Positions 1 through 7,326 are shown, counted from the stretch's first letter. The stretch: 20,000 bases of DNA from an uncultured virus (IMG/VR IMGVR_UViG_2841800567_000010) (IMGVR_UViG_2841800567_000010), one strand, 5' to 3'. Program-made: numbers and translations. Notes: generated from the sequence alone by a model not told the origin.

Positions 1-26
1 TGTGCATCTTCTTTGGTGAGTGTCAT
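1..26 (-). CDS. 5' start of the next nin-region gene (MTLTKEDA...), runs off the window
   Basis: ATG at 26-24 overlaps the ninG stop (ATGA coupling); GAGG upstream. Confidence 0.45.
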
Positions 27-598
27 GCCGCCTCTCTTTGTTTAATCAATACCCGCAATTTAGCCCTGTACAAAGCACGTAGCGCGTCCAGTTCTTCACG
101 GGTGTATCGGTGAGGGTTGTTGTCAGATTCGAGCGCCAGAACGCGCTGGAGGCCAATTTTTGCTATGAGGCTGATGCGGTATTGCTGCTGATTTCCTGAT
201 AACTGGACGTTACAGCGATGACACTGTTTCGCTATATTGTCCTCGTGGTAGCGCAAATGTGATGCCGCGCCTCTTGACCTGAAGTGCCCCGCTTCCCACT
301 GAACTGTTTCCCATGTTCCGCAACTGATACAAGGAGACGCTCGATCCCTCTCCCGGATATAGTCATTCACAACCCGCTGCGTCATATCCTCCCAATGCTT
401 AAGGGGCCTGAGGTCTGCTTTGCGCTTGCGCAAAGATTTCCGCTCCGCCTTTGCCAGCTTTTCGGCTTCAGCTCGTCGGTTAAACGTAATAGCGCATTTG
501 TATTCGTGGCAGACTTTCTGAAGAGAACTTCGGGGGATGTATTCGGTGTCGCAGATGGGGCACTTCTTCGGCTTCGGAAGCTTGATGCCTTTAGCCAT
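23..598 (-). CDS. ninG: NinG/Rap-family recombination endonuclease
   Basis: KKCPIC...C zinc motif, VNDYIRERD, PCISCG, WEAGHFRSRG, HEDNIAKQCHRCN; start re-assigned to MAKGIK with GGAGG RBS. Confidence 0.92.
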   Translation of the reverse strand: MAKGIKLPKPKKCPICDTEYIPRSSLQKVCHEYKCAITFNRRAEAEKLAKAERKSLRKRKADLRPLKHWEDMTQRVVNDYIRERDRASPCISCGTWETVQWEAGHFRSRGAASHLRYHEDNIAKQCHRCNVQLSGNQQQYRISLIAKIGLQRVLALESDNNPHRYTREELDALRALYRAKLRVLIKQREAA

Positions 599-1454
599 AG
601 ATTGCCTCCATATAAGCCTCAATAAAGTGCCTTGCGGCTTCAGCGTTTATCGCATTTCCATAGCCTTTTAATCGGCCAGTTCGGTTGCGGCCAGCCAGTG
701 CTCGTAGTGAGGACTTGCCGTGTCCCAGGTCTTTGGCAAACCTTGCAACCAGCGGGAATGTGCCGGATTCAACTGGGCGCCAGCTGCCATCTCGACAAAA
801 TAGCCAGTCTGCATCACGCCAAAAACCGTTAACCTCAAGGGGCCGCAAATTGCCGCAAAATCCTGAGTTCTCTGCTGCGCTTTCGAACCGTCCGGCCGGT
901 ACATAGACATTGCTCGATCCATTGATGGAGACCGGTCGTTGTTGCTGGCTGTCGGCGTGGGCCACCCAGTAAGCTCTTTCTCTGATGTGCGGCGCACCGA
1001 TGCTCGCTGCCGTAAACGGCGTAAGCCCGAAGGCGTATCCCATTCCTTCCAGGTCTGCCTGTACAAGGTCGAACCATGCGTTTGCGTTACCTGCTGCAAC
1101 CTGCTCGCCAAAAATGTGCTGAGGCTTGCACTTTTCAATGAGGTACTGGAATGCTGGCCATAGGTGCCGCTCGTCATCAAACCCATTTCCTTTGCCTGCC
1201 GCGCTGAAAGGTTGGCACGGGCAACTTCCTGTCCAGACTGGTTGATCGTCTCGCCATCCGGCCTGGCGCAATGCGTAGCTCCAGACTCCAACGCCGGCGA
1301 AAAAGTGGCATTGGGTAAATCCTCGCAAATCATTTGGTGTAACATCTTCAATGCTCCTTTCGTCAACTACGCCGGCGGCGATGTGTCCTGCTTCGATTAG
1401 GTTGCGCAGCCACTGTGCTGCATACGGATCAATTTCGTTGTAATAGGCAGCCAT
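591..1454 (-). CDS. Phage DNA cytosine-C5 methyltransferase (main/alpha polypeptide)
   Basis: Motif I FFAGVG, motif IV GSCPCQPFS, motif VI GEQV, motif VIII HIRERAYWVA, motif X GYGNAI; start MAAYYNEID with GGAG RBS; no motif IX visible in this frame. Confidence 0.9.
   Translation of the reverse strand: MAAYYNEIDPYAAQWLRNLIEAGHIAAGVVDERSIEDVTPNDLRGFTQCHFFAGVGVWSYALRQAGWRDDQPVWTGSCPCQPFSAAGKGNGFDDERHLWPAFQYLIEKCKPQHIFGEQVAAGNANAWFDLVQADLEGMGYAFGLTPFTAASIGAPHIRERAYWVAHADSQQQRPVSINGSSNVYVPAGRFESAAENSGFCGNLRPLEVNGFWRDADWLFCRDGSWRPVESGTFPLVARFAKDLGHGKSSLRALAGRNRTGRLKGYGNAINAEAARHFIEAYMEAIYG
668..1345 (-). CDS. Nested out-of-frame ORF (225 aa), putative beta polypeptide of the C5 methyltransferase
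   Basis: AAGGAG SD (1359-1354) 8 nt before ATG 1345; contains TRD-like WPTPTAS and motif IX-like LNPAHSRWLQGLPKTW. Confidence 0.75.
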   Translation of the reverse strand: MLHQMICEDLPNATFSPALESGATHCARPDGETINQSGQEVARANLSARQAKEMGLMTSGTYGQHSSTSLKSASLSTFLASRLQQVTQTHGSTLYRQTWKEWDTPSGLRRLRQRASVRRTSEKELTGWPTPTASNNDRSPSMDRAMSMYRPDGSKAQQRTQDFAAICGPLRLTVFGVMQTGYFVEMAAGAQLNPAHSRWLQGLPKTWDTASPHYEHWLAATELAD

Positions 1455-1455
1455 A

Positions 1456-1656
1456 TCAGCTCCAGATTCTTTGTTGATACGTCCTGTCCTGCCGTGGCTC
1501 GCGGTTGTATTCAGGCAGCAGCGCACTGACCAGCCAGAGGCGGGGATCGGTAGCGAGCGTCTTTTTTGTCTGAATTTTGCGGGCGGCGTAGCGGGAGAGG
1601 AGTTCGGCGGCAGTATCGGTATCAACAGGGTCATGGACGAACCAGGTTAGCTGCAT
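1456..1656 (-). CDS. Small phage hypothetical protein (66 aa, MQLTWFVHDP...)
   Basis: GGAGG RBS before ATG 1656; packs between neighbouring genes. Confidence 0.7.
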   Translation of the reverse strand: MQLTWFVHDPVDTDTAAELLSRYAARKIQTKKTLATDPRLWLVSALLPEYNREPRQDRTYQQRIWS

Positions 1657-2020
1657 TGCGCACCTCCCTGAGCAACCGGTCCATGGCGTATACCTGACTG
1701 CTACTCCTGCAGTTCTCGAAAACTCCGTTCGATTCCAGCTCAGCCTGGCGCATGGGCTCCTTCCACTCCTGCAGGATTTTCGGCTTAGGAGCACTCGGCC
1801 TTACGGTGCTTTTCTCAGGCACAAAATCAGGGTTGAGACGATAGGCTGTTTTATGTCCGCCGCCCTGAGAGAGCAGTTCGCCGGATTTGCGCATTCGGGA
1901 TAAACATGGCCCCGTACCAAACGGCGAGTGCCCGCCCGAGCAGATGTAATTGTGTATGTCGCCGGTTAAAACGAACCCCTTGCCAGAGAGGTAATTTCTG
2001 ATCAGTTCTTTTACGGTCAT
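1631..2020 (-). CDS. Hypothetical protein, possible N-terminal winged-helix domain
   Basis: ATGA coupling to ninB; LSRMRKSGELLSQGGGHKTAYRL resembles a wHTH recognition helix plus wing. Confidence 0.65.
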   Translation of the reverse strand: MTVKELIRNYLSGKGFVLTGDIHNYICSGGHSPFGTGPCLSRMRKSGELLSQGGGHKTAYRLNPDFVPEKSTVRPSAPKPKILQEWKEPMRQAELESNGVFENCRSSSQVYAMDRLLREVRNAANLVRP

Positions 2021-2454
2021 GCTGCCCTCCCGAAATAATCATTGCTGTAGCGAACCTCGCGCAGCTTCACGCCGTTACCGACTGCCCAGGCCGTTGAGTA
2101 TTCGATGAGGCTGGTCATGCGCTTGATTCCCATTTTCGCGGTCGATTCCCGGATGTTGCAAAACTCACCCTCAAGTCCAGCAACAACTTCTGCCCCAAGA
2201 CCGGTCGCTACTGCATGGCCGGAAACGAACAAAGTTTTCCATTGCACCAGATTTCGCGGCTTCTCCATCCACAGGCATTGCTTGGCCACGTCGCCACACA
2301 GCGCATGAAACATGCTGTTCTGAAGGAGTGAGCGGTCAAAGTCGGTAATGCGTACTGTGAGTGGGTGGTGGTCATTCAGGGGAAGTTTATTGATTGCTTC
2401 TATCAGGTTTCGTCGTACCTGCTCATTTCTGAGGAAGAACGTTTGTTTCTCCAT
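2017..2454 (-). CDS. ninB: NinB (Orf) recombination protein
   Basis: MEKQTFFLRNEQVRRN, RSLLQNSMFHALCGDVAKQ, WKTLF, STAKMGIKRMTSLIEY; GAGG RBS. Confidence 0.9.
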   Translation of the reverse strand: MEKQTFFLRNEQVRRNLIEAINKLPLNDHHPLTVRITDFDRSLLQNSMFHALCGDVAKQCLWMEKPRNLVQWKTLFVSGHAVATGLGAEVVAGLEGEFCNIRESTAKMGIKRMTSLIEYSTAWAVGNGVKLREVRYSNDYFGRAA

Positions 2455-2470
2455 CGATTACCTCATATAC

Positions 2471-2498
2471 AAAAAACCCCGCCGGGTGGCAGGGTCTT
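2471..2498 (-). terminator. Intrinsic terminator after the BRO/antirepressor gene
   Basis: Minus strand ACCCTGCC-ACCC-GGCGGGGT followed by T run. Confidence 0.75.
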
Positions 2499-2503
2499 GT
2501 AAG

Positions 2504-3157
2504 TTAATTAATCTGTCGAATTTGGGGGATGATGTAGCGCCAGCGGTAAGCTGACGGGTCAATATTCTTTGTCTCCCGCTGAAGAATTTCTTTCACATTT
2601 CGCAGCGTGTGACGGGACTCAAATGCCATGTCGTGGCATTCCCCCGAGTACTGCGATGAAAGTTGTTTCAAACCGGGATACAGCATTTCGGCACCTTTGC
2701 GCATATTGTCTGCCACTTTCCACAGCCAGCAGAGTGAGCAAAGTTCTTCTTCCGTCAGTGATAGCGTGTGAATGTTGTATGCGACTGCTTCTGCCTGAGT
2801 AGCTGGAGAGTGCATCGTCGGCTTGCCTGCTTCACTGTCGAGAATATCCAGCACCCAGCGACGGAATTCTTTTGCTACTGGCGTGTCGGACATCATGCCG
2901 ACCAAATGAGCACCGCGAAGAGAGAACACTCTGACGGATTTCTTACGTAAGCTATTGTTTATGCCGTTGGTATTCAATTTGAGTACCAATGACATTGAAT
3001 CAGTAAACTCATCCTGATGGCGGTTGTAGATGCCAGAAACAGCACGAACGTTAGAATATTTCAAAGCTGTTGCGAGTTCTGCTGACGTGAACCATATCTG
3101 GTTACTGTGGTGTACGAGGTTAAATTTAACGTCATGAAATGCGAGCTGAGTGGTCAT
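2504..3157 (-). CDS. Antirepressor-like protein, BRO-N domain plus P22-AR C-terminal domain
   Basis: QIWFTSAELATALKY...VRVFSLRGAHLVGMMSDTPVAKEFRRWVLD (BRO-N); LTEEELCSLCWLW...LYPGLKQL (P22_AR_C-like); GGAGG RBS before ATG 3157. Confidence 0.85.
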   Translation of the reverse strand: MTTQLAFHDVKFNLVHHSNQIWFTSAELATALKYSNVRAVSGIYNRHQDEFTDSMSLVLKLNTNGINNSLRKKSVRVFSLRGAHLVGMMSDTPVAKEFRRWVLDILDSEAGKPTMHSPATQAEAVAYNIHTLSLTEEELCSLCWLWKVADNMRKGAEMLYPGLKQLSSQYSGECHDMAFESRHTLRNVKEILQRETKNIDPSAYRWRYIIPQIRQIN

Positions 3158-3211
3158 GATGACCTCCAGTGGTTTCTTTGTATTTCCACCACCTTCGAGA
3201 CCAATCTTGGG

Positions 3212-3287
3212 TGGTGAGCTAAACAAGGTTGGTCTTGCCGGAGAAACCGCCCGGTGAGCCTATCGGCTCCCCCATCCAGCTCACCAT
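3212..3287 (-). ncRNA. C4-type antisense RNA (P1 c4 / P4 CI-like)
   Basis: About 75 nt closed by TGGTGAGCT/AGCTCACCA, internal GAGCC-GATA-GGCTC hairpin, b' GCGGTTTC (3250-3243) and a' AGACCAA (3235-3229) complementary to flanking targets. Confidence 0.85.
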
Positions 3288-3309
3288 AGAGGTAAGGCTG
3301 TCAGGCAAC

Positions 3310-3389
3310 AAAAAACACGCTCGCGGCGTGTGTCATGTCGCGGTTTCATCAGCAGGAGACCAATCCCGACACCAGATTTTGCTGGTGCA
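3310..3389 (-). promoter_or_regulatory. c4 upstream target leader (a1, b1) with hairpin and terminator
   Basis: a1 GATTGGTCTC (3365-3356), b1 GAAACCGC (3347-3340), terminator ACACGC-CGCGA-GCGTGT plus T run (3331-3310); a2 (3206-3197) and b2 GAAACCAC (3176-3169) repeat downstream next to the RBS. Confidence 0.8.
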
Positions 3390-3394
3390 GGCAA

Positions 3395-3424
3395 AATGTA
3401 GCCCGACCACTGACAGACAGTCAA
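3395..3424 (-). promoter_or_regulatory. Sigma70 promoter for the c4-antirepressor cassette
   Basis: TTGACT-N18-TACATT directly upstream of the a1 leader. Confidence 0.65.
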
Positions 3425-3608
3425 TATTTTTCATCGAAATGTCCTGATTGCGTAAAACGCTCTGCATCGCGTTCTGAGAGGTTTTTATTCTGAGACTTGT
3501 GCTTGTCGCTTTGTTTAAAAAAACTCAAGCAGATGGCTTACAGGCGTGTTTATGGCCGTTTTAAATCTCACTCCCTCCCCGCTCTGATCCAAAAAACAAG
3601 GGCCGCTA

Positions 3609-4370
3609 TCACACCAACCCTACCGATTTGCGGCGTTTGTATTCGGCATATAGCCACTGTGCTGGAGTAACCGATCCCAGAACGCGGGCATCTGCCATCC
3701 AGCGCATCTTCAAATCGTCTCCTGTTGGTTGGTCGTTTACCGGCATCACATCGCGCTTCACTTCCAAACTTGCAACAGGGTCGGGAATGCTATGCCCCGC
3801 TGCGACCTTCTTCGACCATTCGTCCAGTTGTTTAGCGGCGTACTTCTCGACTTCAGCCTCGCTGAGTTGTCTTTGGTACATGGCCCGGCGAGTGTCACAG
3901 ACAATCCAGTACATTACCGGCTTCGACCAGGGGAACCGTTCCGCGCCGCCGGTGTGCAAGCCCTTCTCTCTGTTGTAGCGGTGAAACTCCTGCATGACCT
4001 CCTGGACTGTGACGCCGAGAATTACTGAGCTGTCTTTGCACCAGCTGATGAACTTTCCCGGCGAAGGCCAGAAGTCGGAATTACTCGCTCTGGCATGCCG
4101 GACACCTGCGGAAAGCTGCTCTCTGGTTTTGATGCCGTTCTCGGCGAACGCTGCTATCCACTGGCGTTTGGTGGTTTTCTCGGCCTCCTCGCCCCTCAGG
4201 CTTGTGCTGACTGATGCCGGGAATATTTGCTTCAGCTGCCTGAAAAGCGCGTCTACCAGCTGTTCAACTTCACTGCTGATGACTTTCTCTGTCTCATAAC
4301 GACCGCCAGCCATACGAGCCATAGCGGAGCCATCACGATTGTTAATCGCTTCTACGAGTTGCAGGCTCAT
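3609..4370 (-). CDS. Lambda P-family replication protein (helicase loader)
   Basis: LFRQLKQIFPAS, KRQWIAAFAENGIKTREQLSAG, FWPSPGKFISWCK, WSKPVMYWIV. Confidence 0.88.
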   Translation of the reverse strand: MSLQLVEAINNRDGSAMARMAGGRYETEKVISSEVEQLVDALFRQLKQIFPASVSTSLRGEEAEKTTKRQWIAAFAENGIKTREQLSAGVRHARASNSDFWPSPGKFISWCKDSSVILGVTVQEVMQEFHRYNREKGLHTGGAERFPWSKPVMYWIVCDTRRAMYQRQLSEAEVEKYAAKQLDEWSKKVAAGHSIPDPVASLEVKRDVMPVNDQPTGDDLKMRWMADARVLGSVTPAQWLYAEYKRRKSVGLV

Positions 4371-5068
4371 ATGAAATCCTCCCAGCCCTCACGGCTATTC
4401 CAGTGTGGGGTTTGCTGCACAGATCCGGGTTTAATACCGAGCTTCACGGCCTGCTTGTTCTGGTAGCTAATTTTTTGACTTGCAGTGATAAACCAGTTTT
4501 TTGGCTTGTCGTGGCTGAACTCGATATCCAGCTTCTGAAGCTCGTACACCAGATCGATGCTTGAGTAGAGATCGGCCCACAACTTAAAATCGGCGTGGTT
4601 TAGCTTCACGACATTGCCTTCAAAGGCGTAACGAGAAACGTCGAGTTGATTGTTATGGGGAGCGTGAGCAACTGGTGTTTCTTTAGGTTCTATGACTGGT
4701 TCAAAAGAGTGACTGGTTCTGGGTGACTCTGTGTCACCAGGTGGGTGACTCTGTGTCACTACCCCCGGTAACTTTCTGACACCAGGTGGTGACTCTGTGT
4801 CACCACATAAAACGAGATGATAAATGTTGCTTGAATTCCCTTTTGGACCTGATCGATATTCCTTTCTGAGCAGCCCGCATTCACATAAATCATCTATGTG
4901 TCGCATCACTGATCTCTTACTAATTTCACATTGATCCGCGATATGCTGATAGGAAGGCCAGCACTCTCCCCTGTCATGAGCATTGTCTGCCAGCTTTATC
5001 AGCACTAACTTTCTCAATGGATTGCCAACGGTGATGCTCATGGCTTTAGCCATTAAGTTCATACTCAT
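4367..5068 (-). CDS. Replication initiator (O-analog) with N-terminal HTH
   Basis: KLVLIKLADNA...CWPSYQHIADQCEISKRSV; ATGA-coupled to the upstream gene; carries internal iterons. Confidence 0.88.
   Translation of the reverse strand: MSMNLMAKAMSITVGNPLRKLVLIKLADNAHDRGECWPSYQHIADQCEISKRSVMRHIDDLCECGLLRKEYRSGPKGNSSNIYHLVLCGDTESPPGVRKLPGVVTQSHPPGDTESPRTSHSFEPVIEPKETPVAHAPHNNQLDVSRYAFEGNVVKLNHADFKLWADLYSSIDLVYELQKLDIEFSHDKPKNWFITASQKISYQNKQAVKLGIKPGSVQQTPHWNSREGWEDFI
4722..4804. repeat. Phage replication origin iterons (4 x 17 bp, palindromic GGTGAC-N5-GTCACC)
   Basis: GGTGACTCTGTGTCACC at 4722 and 4788, one mismatch at 4744, 13/17 copy at 4767; spacing 22/23/21 bp; adjacent tract with TGACTGGTTC repeats at about 4676-4720. 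Confidence 0.88.
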
Positions 5069-5763
5069 GCTGCTTTTACCTGTACCTGATGAGCGGACCA
5101 AAGGCCGGCGATCCACTGGATGCCTTTCGGCGTGAATTTAACCTGAGTGAATGCGTGTCCGTTAAGCTGGTTCTCTCCGGTTTTAACGGTGAACCGCCCG
5201 GCGTCGATATGTTGTGAGTAAGGAGTAATCTTTCCGGCCAGCACGTACATGATCTGGCTATCCAGGAGAAACTGGCGAAAAGCGTTCTCTTTGATGTGGA
5301 GCAGCTTGCAGGTTTCTCGGAAACCAAGTGATCCGCTTGCGCTCACGTAGCTGTCGACAAACTGAGCTTTAGGCGCAGCAATGGCAAGCTGGTTTTCAAG
5401 CTGCTGGCGCTGTTCAACCTGATCGGCCCAGGCGCGTGCAGCAATGGCCGGGTTGTTGAAGTCTGGCAACTGAGGACGAATTGCATCTTCAAGCTCATGC
5501 AGCCGTTTAATGACCTTCATGCGTAGCATTGCGTTGTAACCAGTCACCAGGCATTCAGTGTGCTCGCGGTCCAGTGCATACTCAGTTTGCTGTCGATTCA
5601 TGCTGTCAAAATAGATACGCTCAAAAGTGAGCGCATCTTCATTCAAGTCAGCCAGCATATTTTCAATGTCGCGCTTAACGTTTTTGTGTTCCTTGCCGGT
5701 TAACTCTGCGATCTCCCGGCTGGTCATTTTCAGGCTGTTACCTGCGATCATATTTCCTGGCAT
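5065..5763 (-). CDS. Rha-N / KilA-C (ANT) antirepressor-family protein
   Basis: MTSREIAELTGKEHKNVKRDI (Rha N-terminus); APKAQFVDSYV...QVKFTPKGIQWI (KilA-C). Confidence 0.85.
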   Translation of the reverse strand: MPGNMIAGNSLKMTSREIAELTGKEHKNVKRDIENMLADLNEDALTFERIYFDSMNRQQTEYALDREHTECLVTGYNAMLRMKVIKRLHELEDAIRPQLPDFNNPAIAARAWADQVEQRQQLENQLAIAAPKAQFVDSYVSASGSLGFRETCKLLHIKENAFRQFLLDSQIMYVLAGKITPYSQHIDAGRFTVKTGENQLNGHAFTQVKFTPKGIQWIAGLWSAHQVQVKAA

Positions 5764-5781
5764 ACTTATCTCCAGACATTG

Positions 5782-6087
5782 TTAGAAAGACATTGATATC
5801 TGAGAAGCCTCAGCTGTTCGTGCAGCCGGGGCTTTTTGCTTTTGTATCTGCGGGATTGCGGCGAGTATCCGCTTCGCTATTTCAAACACCTCCGTGTCGT
5901 CCACCCCGTACTCCAGGATGGCAATAGCCATTGCAGCCTGCTGAAAGAACCCGTCTTTCATCCTGCTTACTTTCGTATCCGTTAAGCCCATAAGCTTCGC
6001 GAACTTCGTCTGCCCCATAACGGCCAGCTTCCCAAGTAACTGCGACTCAATCCGAGACGCTTTTTTGCGGTACTTTGCAGCTTCCAT
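5782..6087 (-). CDS. cII: CII transcriptional activator
   Basis: ASRIESQLLGKLAVMGQTKFAKLMGLTDTKVSRMK, C-terminal QISMSF; position downstream of cro. Confidence 0.88.
   Translation of the reverse strand: MEAAKYRKKASRIESQLLGKLAVMGQTKFAKLMGLTDTKVSRMKDGFFQQAAMAIAILEYGVDDTEVFEIAKRILAAIPQIQKQKAPAARTAEASQISMSF
5805..5837 (+). terminator. Antisense terminator in the cII 3' end (oop-RNA-type terminator)
   Basis: AAGCCTCAGCTG-TTCGTG-CAGCCGGGGCTT plus Ts, at the position where lambda OOP RNA ends; promoter not identified. Confidence 0.55.
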
Positions 6088-6097
6088 ATCAGATAAT
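6065..6097 (+). promoter_or_regulatory. PRE: CII-activated promoter
   Basis: TTGC-GGTACT-TTGC (6065-6078) in the cII 5' end; GATAAT at 6092-6097 facing cI. Confidence 0.8.
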
Positions 6098-6150
6098 TTT
6101 CCGTGTTAGTTAGTTACGTGCGGCTCCCGTGGGGTGCCACATTGTTTTTG

Positions 6151-6186
6151 GGGTGAAACACCCGCAGCCAGATTGTTTAAAGAGCG
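6151..6186 (-). promoter_or_regulatory. nutR (boxA plus boxB-like hairpin)
   Basis: CGCTCTTTAAACAATC just after the cro stop, then GGGTG-TTT-CACCC. Confidence 0.8.
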
Positions 6187-6193
6187 GTACTGC

Positions 6194-6409
6194 TTATGCT
6201 GCTTTGTTACGTTTGGTGCCGTTCATCAGCCAATTAGCATCACACTGAAGCGCGGCAGCCAGCTCAAACAGAAAGCGCGAGCGCTTCGTTACGCCGGACT
6301 CGATAGACTGTATGGACTGTTGTCGCATACCCGCCTTATCAGCCAACTGCGCCTGGGTCATATTGCGTTCCAGTCGCTTCTGTTTGAGGCGTTGAGAAAA
6401 AGTATCCAT
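6194..6409 (-). CDS. cro: Cro repressor (434-like HTH)
   Basis: [45 protein letters not shown] resembles 434 Cro; divergent from cI. Confidence 0.9.
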   Translation of the reverse strand: MDTFSQRLKQKRLERNMTQAQLADKAGMRQQSIQSIESGVTKRSRFLFELAAALQCDANWLMNGTKRNKAA

Positions 6410-6421
6410 TGTTTCACCTCC

Positions 6422-6480
6422 ACAGTTTTAACTGTATTCTCCGACAGATAAATCTGTTTGTCAAATACAGTTTTGCCTGT
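6422..6480. promoter_or_regulatory. OR operators: three 14-bp ACAG-N6-CTGT sites
   Basis: ACAGTTTTAACTGT 6422-6435, ACAGATAAATCTGT 6444-6457, ACAGTTTTGCCTGT 6467-6480. Confidence 0.9.
6436..6464 (-). promoter_or_regulatory. PR promoter
   Basis: TTGACA-N17-GAGAAT upstream of cro, interleaved with the operators. Confidence 0.8.
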
Positions 6481-6508
6481 GAGGATCGATATAAATGGAG
6501 AGGAACAT

Positions 6509-7138
6509 ATGAGCCTTGCAGATAGAGTTAAAAAAAGAAGAAATGAAACCGGCTTGTCTCAAGCAGAGGCAGCAGAAAAGGCAGGTATAAGGCAGCAATC
6601 TTGGGCTAGTATTGAGGATGGTAAGACCCTCAAGCCTCGCAATATTGTTGGTATCGCAGAGGCGCTTAAATGTGACCCTGCGTGGCTTATGAACGGTGGA
6701 GTTTTCCTGCCAGTCAGCGAGGTCAACACAAGGAGGATTCCATTGATCAGCTATGTTCAGGCGGGTGAACTCGCAACTAAAAGCCCAATAGAAGCGATGG
6801 ATGGTAGCTTTGAATACGTAATGACAGACATGGAATGGTCGCACTACACCTTTGCGTTACGGATTGTGGGTGACTCTATGGAGCCAGATTTTAAGGCTGG
6901 CGATGTGATCATCGTTGACCCCGAGATTGAACCCAGCCCTGGCGAATTTGTTGTCGGTAAGAATGGAGATCACGAGGCCACATTTAAAAAATACCGGCCA
7001 ACATCATTCAAGGATGGAGTGCAACACTTTGAGTTGGTTCCACTTAATAACGATTACCCGACCATGAATAGCGCAGAGCGCCACATCACTATCATCGGTA
7101 CGATGGTCGAACACCGGATCTACCGCCGCAAAAGATAA
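6509..7138 (+). CDS. cI: CI repressor (HTH plus S24 autopeptidase)
   Basis: HTH LSQAEAAEKAGIRQQSWASIE; Ala-Gly cleavage site VQAG; catalytic GDSM and TFKK; start at MSLADRVK with GGAG/AGGA RBS. Confidence 0.95.
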   Translation: MSLADRVKKRRNETGLSQAEAAEKAGIRQQSWASIEDGKTLKPRNIVGIAEALKCDPAWLMNGGVFLPVSEVNTRRIPLISYVQAGELATKSPIEAMDGSFEYVMTDMEWSHYTFALRIVGDSMEPDFKAGDVIIVDPEIEPSPGEFVVGKNGDHEATFKKYRPTSFKDGVQHFELVPLNNDYPTMNSAERHITIIGTMVEHRIYRRKR

Positions 7139-7155
7139 ACCCACCTACGCATTGA

Positions 7156-7180
7156 AGCCGCCTTCCGGGCGGTTTTTTTT
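7156..7180 (+). terminator. Terminator after cI
   Basis: GCCGCC-TTCCG-GGCGGT plus long T run. Confidence 0.85.
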
Positions 7181-7241
7181 CGCCTTTACAAAAATAAATC
7201 TGTTTCAGATACAAGCATATACAGTTTAACTTAAAATAAAT

Positions 7242-7303
7242 ACAGTTTTACCTGTTGACCACTTAACAGTTTTGTCTGTATATTTGTTCCATCAGCAGGA
7301 CGC
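7242..7303 (+). promoter_or_regulatory. OL operators and PL promoter
   Basis: ACAGTTTTACCTGT 7242-7255 and ACAGTTTTGTCTGT 7266-7279 (degenerate third site 7190-7203); TTGACC-N18-TATATT; ATCAGCAGGACGC at 7291 matches the lambda PL transcript start. Confidence 0.88.
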
Positions 7304-7326
7304 TGGCAGACACGAAACGGACTTAC

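Noticed and set aside
420..430. TTGC-GC-TTGC as a CII site (PaQ-like)
   Set aside because: Spacer is 2 bp rather than the required 6 bp
1455..1634. 60-aa N-terminal extension of the methyltransferase in the ORF track (591..1634)
   Set aside because: Overlaps a better-supported 66-aa gene; MTase homology and an RBS start at ATG 1454
3229..3447. 72-aa plus-strand ORF, and the 23-aa extension of the BRO gene to 3226
   Set aside because: Region is explained by the c4 RNA, its targets and promoter on the minus strand; the RBS supports ATG 3157
284..4466. Numerous plus-strand ORFs antisense to nin and replication genes
   Set aside because: Shadow ORFs opposite well-supported genes, without RBS or motifs, unlike the nested same-strand ORF at 668-1345
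6458..6508. Longer CI start at 6458
   Set aside because: Lies within operators and promoters; HTH homology begins at ATG 6509
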